Below, piece by piece: positions 34,490-45,480 of a stretch of DNA of 64,000 nt (the first letter of the stretch is position 1; each line of letters begins with the position of its first letter). This stretch comes from Macrostomum lignano (lineage: Eukaryota): contig NIVC01000019.1 in assembly GCA_002269645.1 (NCBI GenBank), positions 1,488,001 through 1,552,000 of the forward strand, read 5' to 3'. The notes beneath the pieces are model-generated. The model saw only the letters and a list, made by a program, of their open reading frames with translations, did not search any database and was not told the DNA's origin. Made by a program: the position numbers and the translations under genes.

Positions 34490-34777
34490 CATATATGCGC
34501 AACCTCCAAAATTCAGTCGGCCGTGCGCCTTTTTTTAACAGAAATGCGACGTAGTTTTTGGCAAAAAAATGCAACTCACATGTAAAAGAAGTCCTAAAGC
34601 AAAATAAACGCAACTTTGAGTAAACGGCAGGAGTAACTATGACTGTCTTTATTAAGGAAACATGCCTCCAGTACTACTTAGGTATTTTTTCGGGTGGGCA
34701 TTTTTGCGACTTACCTTGGTTGGCCGCCAAATCGGTCGGCCAGATCTGCCGACTCGGCCGACTGTTGCGCATGCATG
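34490..34777 (-). mobile_element. hAT-type MITE copy B (288 bp), TSD ATTAATTC/ATAAATTC
   Basis: TIR CATATATGCGCAAC / GTTGCGCATGCATG; reverse complement aligns with 30628-30923. Confidence 0.8.
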
Positions 34778-34884
34778 ATAAATTCTAAGGTTGCGAAATT
34801 TTCATTTCACAGCTACCATGCAATCACTACTGTCGCCTGATGCCGCCTACGATAGCTGGATGGAGCGTACGATCCACATATCAC

Positions 34885-35300
34885 TATTCAGAGAGATACA
34901 CTTCTGCATGGTATGTAGCCTTTGATTAGCCTGTCAAACCAGCTTCCCAGAAATTGGCATCAAACTGATATGCAGGGATTTCTTGGCTGCATGAAGACCT
35001 CATCTCGTTTCGGTAAAGATTTTGCCGCAGATTATTGGTATCTTCATCGTCGGGCCGAATAACGGAAAAGCTATAGTTGGTGATGGCGAGGTCAGGACTG
35101 TAGGCAGGGTGGTGCAACTGGCGGAAAACAAGCTCTTCCACCTTGACTTGCATCCGAGCGGCCGCATGACGTCACGATTGTCCCGAAAGGATGAAGGGTC
35201 TTTGACGCAGCGCTTGTTCAGAACAGCATCGCGGCTCACTTCGCGCAGATCTTTAAGTATCCTTGCAGGTGTTACAGAATGCGGCACACGAACGAACTAT
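34885..35300 (-). pseudogene. Mariner (Tc1/mariner) transposase relic, C-terminal DD34D region
   Basis: HHPAYSPDLA (mariner HPPYSPDLA) followed, through frameshifts, by CGKIF and QKCISLNSD. Confidence 0.8.
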
Positions 35301-36270
35301 GGAAACCATGCGCACGCTCTCCATTTCACGTAACACTCGCAGGTGGATTATCCTTCAAATAATTGAAGACAATTAAGGCTGGCTATAAGTGGATTTTTAG
35401 TCTAATCAGACTCAATTTGTACTCAGGGCAACCATCAAATAGTCCGAAACTTTTTAGCACCCTCGTATATTCCATACTGATCGTATCTAAACTAACGACG
35501 CTTTCAAATTTTAAAATATTAGTTGACTCTCTGTCTATCGCAAAATTCTTGAGCTTTCATATTCATTTGAGAAATTTAAGCAATTTTTAAGACTGTGATG
35601 CCGTAAATAAACTGCACATTGAGCATCATGTGTTTTACCTAACATCCTTTAGAACGGCTGACATCAAATTCAAGAGCTGGATGGTTAGTACATTGTTTAA
35701 ATGTACAAGTCATAGCTCTCAGCTCCTTCCAACTCCAACTTCCTAAATCAAACAGAGGATCTCATTGAGTTGAATTCCTTCCCCTTACTTAGCTTTTTTT
35801 CTATCCCTGAACCTCATTCCCAAAGGCAAGTTGCCATGACAGCAGCATCTAGGGCTGCACCTGTACGCGAGCTCCTGCCGGCATGCAAGCGCTGCTAGTC
35901 ATTGTTCTAAGACTGATGAGCGCGGGAGATGGCTGGGAGGAAGGCGAACGCAGAGAGAACTCTCCATCGATCTACCAATTTTGGTTTCCATGGCTCACTC
36001 CCTGGATTCCGTAGGGTGGATAAGGAAGAGGAGAGGGAACTCTGACTCAACTGTGCGCATATGCATCTCCACACCCTTCTGCAAACAGCCACCCCCCATT
36101 TGATGAAGCATCAGGCACGCCTATTTCAAAGGGGAGCTAGCTAATCGTGACTAATCCTACCTGGTTCCGAGAATTGTATTTATTCACAGCAACTCTCGAA
36201 GCCAGTCATAGCTTCATCGAAGAGGTGAACTACGAGGTGCCTGCAAAACGCACGATTGTCTTGCAACAAT

Positions 36271-36934
36271 ATGATGCGCCGGAACTCTCTGGGATTCGAG
36301 TTCCCGTCTGTCTCGGATCAGCCCAGATCCTCGTTTACCGGCCGGAGCAGCTGCGAGTCCAGCCACTGCGGCTGCGGTCTGGAGGACTGCGACCAGGCTG
36401 ACACCGACTCGGCCTTCGTTGATGACGATCTGGAGAGCAGCTGGGACCAGCTGCGGCTGCGCCAGTTCAAAGAGCAACTGTCTGTCGTGGAGGAAGCGCC
36501 GGCCCGAACCTCCAGTTCAGTCTTTGTGCGCCTGATGAAGAAACTAATGACAGGTGAGAATCGAAATTGTAACTAATCCCAGCTTTGGTGAATCATTAAG
36601 CCTATGTAGTTCGGATCCTTGTTCTTTAAGGCCAATACTCATCATCTGTTGAGTCCCCGATTGATTTGGTGCATAAATTTACGAACTCGAGTACAGAAAT
36701 TTTCCCCACCATCTTACTCATTCAGTGAGTCAAATCTTCTCAAACGAACGGCTGGACAAGTACGAGAAGATCATCCTGGTGCTGGCGATCCTGCTGATTG
36801 TCGACACAGTCGCTCTGACCTACCTGCTGGCTTCCTATCCGGTGTACAGGGACATTCTGGGCAAGCTGGGCTACAACATCCTCTTCAATTCGACGTCATT
36901 CTTCTATCAAGCCAGTCTGAAAAGGGACTTGTAA
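36271..36934 (+). CDS. Uncharacterised ~163-aa protein with a C-terminal hydrophobic helix; exons 36271-36553 and 36726-36934
   Basis: GT-AG intron joins in phase (ACA G|TG AGT); GC3-rich codons; Ser/Asp-rich N-terminus and TM segment IILVLAILLIVDTVALTYLLASY. Confidence 0.65.
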
Positions 36935-38578
36935 ACTCCAAGCACCTGGGAATTAATTTATATTAACTGGCTGAGCTAGGCTTCGCTCTGGCTTAACTTT
37001 AAGTCAACAATTCGACTCAAGCTGTTTCCAGAACCCTATTTTTCAGCTGATAAAATTGTTTTGTTCACTTTATTGTACCTGCATGTATTTTCATGTCCAT
37101 TTAAGCTACGCTATAAACTTTCAAGAATCACTTGAACTTTCCAGTGTATATCGTTAAAATCCGTTAATTGTAGTGGTCATTGTGAACCTTATCGCATGCT
37201 AACGTAAGCAGAACTCACTGATATTTTCATTTTCATTTCACCCGAAATCGCCACTTCCTCACCAAGCAATGTTTTGCTATGAAGGAAAAAATAGTTTTTT
37301 TCTGCTTTAGGTGCCTTCTTTTTTGGGAACCAAATATACTCGTACTTGCGCTCGTAAGAAATTCGATAATCGATAAAAATATTGCCAAGTTTTTTATACG
37401 TGTACTTACTGTATAGTATATGGACTAGCAATGTTCGCCCCCCCGTTGGGGAACAACAAAGCAAAAGAACTAAAAAATGAATAAACTATTACATGTAGCT
37501 TTCGCTCGACTTTGTACAGTCAGTATTGTTAGTTTCTTAAGGAAAATGCCGTTTAAGGCAAAAACATCATGCAGCCCGAAAGCCGGCTATTTAGCCTAAG
37601 ATATCAGCATCCCCTTTGAGCTTTGGCATCAAAGCCATCTTTGAGGTATGACTTAAATGTAACTCTCTAACTCTCTCCTTTTGATGCTTGGCCTACCAAT
37701 AACTCCAATTGACATTGAGATCTCAGCGATCGACATACATATATGAGCATTTACATTTTATCAATTTCCCTTCCATCAATTTCCATCCATTTTTAAATTG
37801 TCAGTGTGTCAGTAGTATTACTTCTAGTAGTAAACTAATTTTAGTACAATTCTGGTAAATAATCTAGTAAATTTAAAATAACCGCTTTAAAAAAAGGCAA
37901 GTTAAAGGTTTTCGGAAGTAGGACAAAATTGTGAAAAATACGGTGGATAAATCTGTAGGATAGAGAGAAGAAGGAAGTAGCTTAAGGTAACCGAAGTGAA
38001 AAAAGCAACGCAAAATCGTTATTCCGTTGCCTTGAAAAAATTGAATATGGTCCGTTCGCGTTAACAGTCGCTATCAAAAAGTAGCTTCCGTTACTAAAGT
38101 AACTTTAGCACCGCAGCAAAGCCGTAGCTTGGGTGCTGTGTAAATGCATTGCAATTGGGTACAAGTACTACAAAGTAAACAGTAGTGAAGTGAGCCAAAG
38201 CGTAGGAGGCCGGAGCAAGTTATTTTCTACCTTCCTTAAACGATCTGCTACTTACAATCAAATCCTTTAACACACTCTCTCACAAGAACTGATTGCAATG
38301 CAGAGTAGACAGTTTAAAAATTTCAAATTGAAATAAAAATTATCTGATTCCTTAGGTTGCACTTGAAGTTTATTGATTTAGTACAAGTTTATTTTCACTC
38401 TTCAAGCAGATTAGGTTTACCTGCGAGTATTTCGGTGAAGAAAAATAAAATCTTTGAGACGATGCCCGGAATAAAGCAATTACTTGGCTACAGTCAATAT
38501 TTAATCTCTACTCTTGGTGAGCTCTGAGTTTCTATAAAAGGTTGGCTTTTCTTCAAACACATGGTGGTAGACCACTAA

Positions 38579-40028
38579 ATTCAAATGTCACTGACAGTCA
38601 AATGTCACAGGCAGTCAAATGTCACAGACAGTCAAATGTCACAGGCAGTCAAATGTCACAGGCAGTCAAATGTCACAGGCAGTCAAATGTCACAGGCAGT
38701 CAAATGTCGCTGACAGTCAAATGTCACTGGCAGTCAAATGTCACTGACAGTCAAATGTCACTGACAGTCAAATGTCACTGACAGTCAAATGTCACAGGCA
38801 GTCAAATGTCACTGACAGTCAAATGTAACTAACAGTCAAATGTCACTGACAGTCAAATGTCACTGACAGTCAAATGTCACTGACAGTCAAATGTCACTGA
38901 CAGTCAAATGTCACTGACAGTTAAATGTCACTGACAGTCAAATGTCACTGACAGTCAAATGTCACAGGCAGTCAAATGTCACAGGCAGTCAAATGTTACA
39001 GGCAGTCAAATGTCACTGACAGTCAAATGTCACTGGCAGTCAAATGTCACAGGCAGTCCAATGTCACAGGCAGTCAAATGTCACTGACAGTCAAATGTAA
39101 CTAAAAGTCAAATGTCACTGACAGTCAAATGTCACTGACAGTCAAATGTCACTGGCAGTCGAATGTCACTGACAGTTAAATGTCACTGACAGTCAAATGT
39201 CACTGACAGTCAAATGTCACAGGCAGTCAAATGTCACTGACAGTCAAATGTAACTAACAGTCAAATGTCACTGACAGTCAAATGTCACAGGCAGTCAAAT
39301 GTCACAGGCAGTCAAATGTCACTGACAGTCAAATGTCACTGACAGTCAAAAGTCACAGGCAGTCAAATGTCACTGACAGTCAAATGTCACTGACAGTCAA
39401 ATGTCACAGGCAGTCAAATGTCACAGGCAGTCAAATGTCACTGACAGTCAAATGTCACAGGCAGTCAAATGTCACAGGCAGTCAAATGTCACAGGCAGTC
39501 AAATGTCACAGGCAGTCAAATGTCACAGGCAGTCAAATGTCACAGGCAGTCAAATGTCACTGACAGTCAACTGTCACTGACAGTCAAATGTCACTGACAG
39601 TCAAATGTCACTGACAGTCAAATGTCACAGGCAGTCCAATGTCACAGGCAGTCAAATGTCACTGACAGTCAAATGTAACTAAAAGTCAAATGTCACTGAC
39701 AGTCAAATGTCACTGACAGTCAAATGTCACTGGCAGTCGAATGTCACTGACAGTTAAATGTCACTGACAGTCAAATGTCACTGACAGTCAAATGTCACAG
39801 GCAGTCAAATGTCACAGGCAGTCAAATGTCACTGACAGTCAAATGTAACTAACAGTCAAATGTCACTGACAGTCAAATGTCACTGACAGTCAAATGTCAC
39901 TGACAGTCAAATGTCACTGGCAGTCAAATGTCACTGACAGTTAAATGTCACTGACAGTCAAATGTCACTGACAGTCAAATGTCACAGGCAGTCAAATGTC
40001 ACAGGCAGTCAAATGTCACAGGCAGTCA
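38579..40028 (+). repeat. 17-bp satellite CAGTCAAATGTCAC(TGA/AGG), ~85 copies
   Basis: Period 17; rare variants recur at an offset of 578 bp (34 units). Confidence 0.96.
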
Positions 40029-40660
40029 AGACCCATATTAAGGAATTAAGTGCGAGTACGAGCGTGCAATCCTTTTCACAAATAAAGAATCAAATTTGGC
40101 GCTTCAGTTCGGCCAGAATGAACTCTCCAGAAGCGGTCTGCTGACGAAGTGCGCAGCTGTCGGTCTCGCTCTCTGCGTGCAGATTTTAATGTGTTGAATG
40201 CGGTGTCGGTGAACGGTACATAAACCTCTGGACGCTTATTTAATAAACTGGATGTCAAACTACACTTGTGGTGAGCAGCGTAATGTCAATTGAAAGTCAA
40301 ATTGTGTCAACTAAAACCCTATAAAAGTAAATGAAAGAACCTGAGTGTCTGGAGTGTCCATTTCACCTTTAGCTGATGTTCTCGAAAGAGGAACGGTAAG
40401 AATACCCGGGTAATTAACTAACATTTACCTGTTGAAGATAGTTGTCATTCGAGCAGTCTAATTAATCCCAGCCACTGTCGTGTGCCGTTTATGCTTCAAG
40501 CACTTTACACTGAATAGACCAATTTTGCTTTTCTCCTCCTAGCTCGCTAGCCAAGTGTACTTAGCAAACACTAATTACTTATAGTAGGCATCTCTCAGTG
40601 TATACAAAGTCATCCTATTTCTTGGGTTTTCTTGTTGCACAATCGCCTCGGAGTTCTTAC

Positions 40661-42437
40661 CTGCCTTGTACCAGGCGTCGAAGTCTTGACGGCATTTCCA
40701 CGCGTCAACAATGAAGTACTTGGGATTTCGCATCCCTTTTACCTTCTGCACCTTGTCGGTGCTGGCAACGCATGGAATCCCCTGGCAGCTGCGCACGCCA
40801 TCCTCGTGTCGCTTAAGATATTCGCCGTTGAAGATCTCTTTGAACTGCACGTCCAAGTTCATGATGGACAAGACTGCGTAACCTGGAATTTATATCAATT
40901 CATTCGTTAAATTTAGGAGACTCTTCGAATAGTGTGGTATTGAAACTCTTGGGTAGTCTACCGGTATGGATGTTGAATGAGTCTAGTTGCAATCTTTATT
41001 CGCAAGTCTTTGGACCACATTCGTTTTGGATTAGTGCGCGGAGAATGACGTAAAACTTTTCTTGTGATTCGCGCCAATGAAGGCCAGCTTCTAAAAGCTG
41101 AAACTAGAATGTCAGAGCCACTGTGCACCATTTTTTGAGTCTTATCGTACTCCTGTGTGCGTGTCCAGAGCGCTGATGGGATCAGCGAAGGTGCCAGCTT
41201 CCAGCGAACTAATTAAATTAATTGTAGCATTGCTCACCTTGAGGCAGTGGAACGCTCAGCGGCACGCAGTACATTTCCACCTGTTCGAGAAAGTCGCTGG
41301 CCCTAAACACCGGGTCGCTGTACAACCACTTTTGACACTCTTTGGAGCACTCGAAGAGAAGAACGCCCAGGCCTTGGTTCTTGGGCCAGAAGCCTTCTAT
41401 GCACTCGATCTGCGTGACGAATGTAATCAGCTGTTGAGTATAATAATAATGTGTGATTACACCTGCCCCAATAGGGTCAGGTGTGCAACCGACAGCTCAG
41501 CCGCAGCTATTGCGCGTACGGCTGTTCAGTCCAAGGACTGGGGTGGTCGCCACACGCACCCTCAATTACCCCAGCTAATGCTGGCACCCATTTTACAGCT
41601 GGGTGAACTGAAGCAATGCAGAGTTAAGTGTCTTGCTCAATGACACAGATTGTTTCGAGTGGGTCGAGAATCGAACCCCCGATCTTTCAGTCGTGAGTCC
41701 GACGCTCTAACCACTAGGCTGCAGCCTCCTGTAATACTAATAGCAGTAGCTTCTGTAAAAAAACAACTTGAAAAGTCTCCGCACCGTCTCGCAGTGTCCC
41801 AACAGACTCCCGGTGTACTGCTTCATCACGCCAGCCTCCTTGATACAGGCGTTGCAAAATTTCCTGTGCAGCTCAGAATGATAGCTCAAAATGATGGCCA
41901 CCTGTTCCGTGGCTCTGGTTGCTGCTCCCTTGGCGCCTCTGTCACCTGCTGGCTCAGCCTGGCCCGGAAAACAAGGAAGTTGCGTATAAGAATGAATGAA
42001 AAAAGTTTTGGACAAAGCAGCTTCTCTAAGACTTACCTTTCCGCTCATAGTTGAGTGGGATGTAGCTTTTCCTGTTGAAATGCGAGTGTCAGCAGGGTAT
42101 GATTTTAGCTGAAAACTTGGGTGGAAGCCTTGCAGCTTGTGTTTTAGTACACGCAGACACAAACCAAGCCTTATAACAGATATTGTAACGCTGAGCTGAT
42201 CTGAGTATTCTGAGAACTCAATCTCTCTCTCCCACCCCTAAGCTGCAGCCCTACTGTACACATGTTTTCCATAAGATAGAGCGGAGCTGAGCATGCTCAG
42301 ATGCAGAACGAGACTATAAGAGAAATCAGGTGCTTTGGCCGGTGCAGATAGTCTCTTACTTTGGTCTTCTGAATTCCTATTCTCTCGCTTCTTACCTGCA
42401 CACCTTTCTCAGTTGGGATCAGCTGTGCCCAAGCCAT
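40661..42437 (-). CDS. Protein with two DUF1330-like (dimeric alpha/beta barrel) domains; exons 42437-42396, 42108-42037, 41958-41785, 41430-41238, 40882-40661; 3' exons unresolved (possibly to ~40076)
   Basis: Five consecutive in-frame GT-AG exons without stops. The peptides MKQYTGSLLG..QIECIEGFWP..GVLLFECSKECQKWLYSDP and YAVLSIMNLDV..EY..STDKVQKVKG..PKYFIVDAWKCRQDFDAWY resemble the DUF1330 pattern (YGG..EVLEG.W..VVIEF.S.E.A..WY.SP). Family assignment is by eye. Confidence 0.7.
41456..41729 (-). mobile_element. tRNA-derived CORE-SINE (intron of the DUF1330-like gene)
   Basis: Near-identical to 26590-26887; has an (ATT)n-like tail. Confidence 0.8.
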
Positions 42438-43200
42438 CGTACACTAGGGCTACCTAGTCTACTGAGAGTACAAACAAGAGGACATGAAGGTTTCGAGATG
42501 AGGCACAATATTATAAATAGAAACTCACAACGCGATGCTTAGAGCTCTGAGGCAAATATATTCAGCAAACGTTGAAGTTGGAGTTCATGTTGCAGTTTTA
42601 TTTTCAAAAAGTTGATTTCAACAGCTGTAAAGCAAAATTAAATTTAAGAAATGGATTACAATGAAAATGGCAACTCATTTAAGCAATCAATCGATGATGA
42701 ACATACGCGAAATACGCGAAGCTGACTTTTCTACCGCTAGAACTCGTGACTACAGTGAAAGAATCAGTAATTCTTGCGTTCAACCGACTAAATTTGAAAT
42801 TTCTGGTTGTGAAAAGTCTGCAAAACTACTGCACAAACTTAGGCAGGCTAAGCTAAAATATTTTTATTCACACGGTAAAAATAGATGAGCGTTAGTACGT
42901 TGCTTTTTAATTGCGGTGGGATGAGTCTGTGTACAATCATTGAACATTTCAAATGAGATCAATTACTCCATTGGTCAACCAACATGATCTAATCTAGGCT
43001 AAGCACAACAGACAACAGTAATAAATAATAAACTTGAGATCAAAACATTAATATTTAGGGAGGTTAACATTTTTCTTACACAAACAGAGGAGGTAACCAG
43101 AACAAAATTTAAAAGGCATCTTAGTTACCTACTCTTGGATGAAAATAGCAAGACAAATATCTGAATCTGAGTACGCTCTGTTGTCAAAGTTCCATTCTAG

Positions 43201-45480
43201 TCAGTTGGACACAGATACTGGCGGCAGGCTCCACTCTGCCGGGATGGACTTGAAGAAGGCGTGCTCCAAGGCCGCGCTAAGCGTGACGCGGTCCTCGGGT
43301 TCGTACTCGAGCATTCGCAGCATCAGGTCGAATAGGTCTCTTGTGTCCGGTGTCTCGTCTCGCATGTAACGATGCAGCGGTTTGCAATTCTCGCGCACGT
43401 AGCGACCCTCGTTGCTATGGTAGTCCCAGTCTAAACGGCCGTGCCAGAAGTAGCCGGCCCTGGAGTTCCTGGTCATGCGGTAGGGCACGTGGCCAAGTAT
43501 GCGCTCCATCATGGCCAGGTGTTCGCGATTCTCGTGCGTCTGGAATAGCGTGAAGCCCGTGTAAAGCTCAAACAGGATGCATCCGATGGACCAGACGTCG
43601 CACGGCTGCGACCAACCCAGCTCTAGAATGACTTCAGGAGCTCGATAGTGTCGGGTGGACACCACGGCAGAGTGGTGCTCGTGATCAAAGGTTGCCGAAC
43701 CAAAGTCGATTAGCCGGATATCCGTTCGATCAAGCATTTTTTCTTCTTTTTTGCGCTTCGGATTAAAAAAGGTTGAATAGGTCGACCGAAGAAGCAGAAT
43801 ATTTTCCGGCTTTAGATCCGTGTGCGTCAGCTGATTGGCATGCATGAAGGCCACTGAGTGCACCAGCTGATAGGCAATGTGACGCACGTGCTCTATCGGA
43901 TATGGCGCAAAGTCGTTCTCCTTCAGAAAGTCGAACACAGACTTGCCAAGAAGGTCAAAGACTAGGCAGATGTGGCCATAGAACTCAAACCAGCTCAACA
44001 ACTTTATGCACAAATGCAGACCTGACGGGTCTTTTTCCTCCAGCTTCTTCAGCACGTTGATTTCCAGCTTGGCTGCTTCGCGATACTTTTCCACATTTTT
44101 GATGATTTTTACCGCTACTCGACGCTGAGCCGAATCCTGCATATCCGCGCACTCAGTCACTTTGCCGAATGTGCCTTCTCCGAGTGTTTTTGAGATCCGG
44201 TAGCGATTCTTCAGCACATCGCCGTATGCGTATATCAGGTGACCGTCCGAATCGTCTCGGTATGGCGACTTTTCCTTGCTAAGCAGGCCTCCACGTCGAC
44301 TGCGGCCGCTGGTGACGCTCTGCGCCGTCGACTGTTCGGTTGTAACCTCTGATGTCTCCGGCTGCTGCTGATCTTCACCGCGCGGAAGACTGATCAGAGA
44401 CTTTGAACTGGAGTTATTTTCTATACCGTCAAATGCCCGCTGACTATTGTTGTTGGCGACGTTGTTTGCTCGGCGCCTTGACGAACCAACGTGTCTGTTG
44501 AGCATGGCGGTATTGGGAGCTTCATCGCCTTCACCAAGTGACTTTTTGCGCCTGTACCGTCGCGACGATAATCCATGCCCTGAAGCAGCAGCTGCAGCCT
44601 CTTCTTGGCGCTGATAAGCAAGATCAGAAGAGTCCGATATGCTTTTTGTAATGTCGGTCCCAGCGACACGCAGTTCAGCCTTCTTCAAGTGCTGTCCCTC
44701 AACAGTGGCTCCGACAACGGCTGTTGTTGTGTTAGCCGACGCGTCCACTGAATCATAAACACTTGGCTCCTTGCCGCTTGCGCCACGGTCACGGTTTACT
44801 GACGGCTGCTGTTGCTGCTGCTGCTGCTGCGATGCTCTCGGTGGTTCGTCCGTGGGGATTAGAGGCGGTGGAGGCGCTACAGACACTACGGAGGAGCGGT
44901 TGCCGTTTCGCATTGCCAGCGAAGCTATTTGCTGACCCAGCCTTTCCAGATCGCCCCGCAGCTGATCCAGCTGACTCTTCCGGCAGTGGCGGCCCAGGCC
45001 AGTGGAAGAATCTTGCCGTCCAGGCATCAGCTGCTGCTCCTGGGCCTCAGAATTTGATGACGGATCAGGATCAGCGTCTTTGAATGTCAACTGAATGGCG
45101 GCCTCAGTCTTTGATCCTTTGTAACATCTTGACCTGCGGCACTTACGCCTGGCTCGGTTGTGCTGATGCTGCAGAAGCTGCTGTTGCTGCTGCTGCATCT
45201 GCTGCTGGTACTGAGGCGATGCGATCATTGCGTCCTGTGTCATAGGACTAACTAACTGTCTGTTGCTTGATGAGTTTCCGCTCCGAGTGCTTCCAGTGCT
45301 GGAGCTGGTGCTCCTGCTGTTACTGAGGTATTTTTGACTGGTTAGCGTGGGCGAAGCCTGACAGTCTGTCGATTCCTCGCTCCAACCCCTGAGGCAGTTG
45401 AGGCAGAAACGGGCAACTAGACGCCAACAGGGCAGCTGTAACAGCAAGGTCATGCACAGTCGCCAGAGCGGAGGCTGCAA
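43201..45480 (-). CDS. CLK: Intronless CLK/LAMMER dual-specificity kinase; start uncertain (first ATG 45453, alternative 45243)
   Basis: [84 protein letters not shown]. Confidence 0.95.
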   Translation of the reverse strand: MQPPLWRLCMTLLLQLPCWRLVARFCLNCLRGWSEESTDCQASPTLTSQKYLSNSRSTSSSTGSTRSGNSSSNRQLVSPMTQDAMIASPQYQQQMQQQQQQLLQHQHNRARRKCRRSRCYKGSKTEAAIQLTFKDADPDPSSNSEAQEQQLMPGRQDSSTGLGRHCRKSQLDQLRGDLERLGQQIASLAMRNGNRSSVVSVAPPPPLIPTDEPPRASQQQQQQQQPSVNRDRGASGKEPSVYDSVDASANTTTAVVGATVEGQHLKKAELRVAGTDITKSISDSSDLAYQRQEEAAAAASGHGLSSRRYRRKKSLGEGDEAPNTAMLNRHVGSSRRRANNVANNNSQRAFDGIENNSSSKSLISLPRGEDQQQPETSEVTTEQSTAQSVTSGRSRRGGLLSKEKSPYRDDSDGHLIYAYGDVLKNRYRISKTLGEGTFGKVTECADMQDSAQRRVAVKIIKNVEKYREAAKLEINVLKKLEEKDPSGLHLCIKLLSWFEFYGHICLVFDLLGKSVFDFLKENDFAPYPIEHVRHIAYQLVHSVAFMHANQLTHTDLKPENILLLRSTYSTFFNPKRKKEEKMLDRTDIRLIDFGSATFDHEHHSAVVSTRHYRAPEVILELGWSQPCDVWSIGCILFELYTGFTLFQTHENREHLAMMERILGHVPYRMTRNSRAGYFWHGRLDWDYHSNEGRYVRENCKPLHRYMRDETPDTRDLFDLMLRMLEYEPEDRVTLSAALEHAFFKSIPAEWSLPPVSVSN

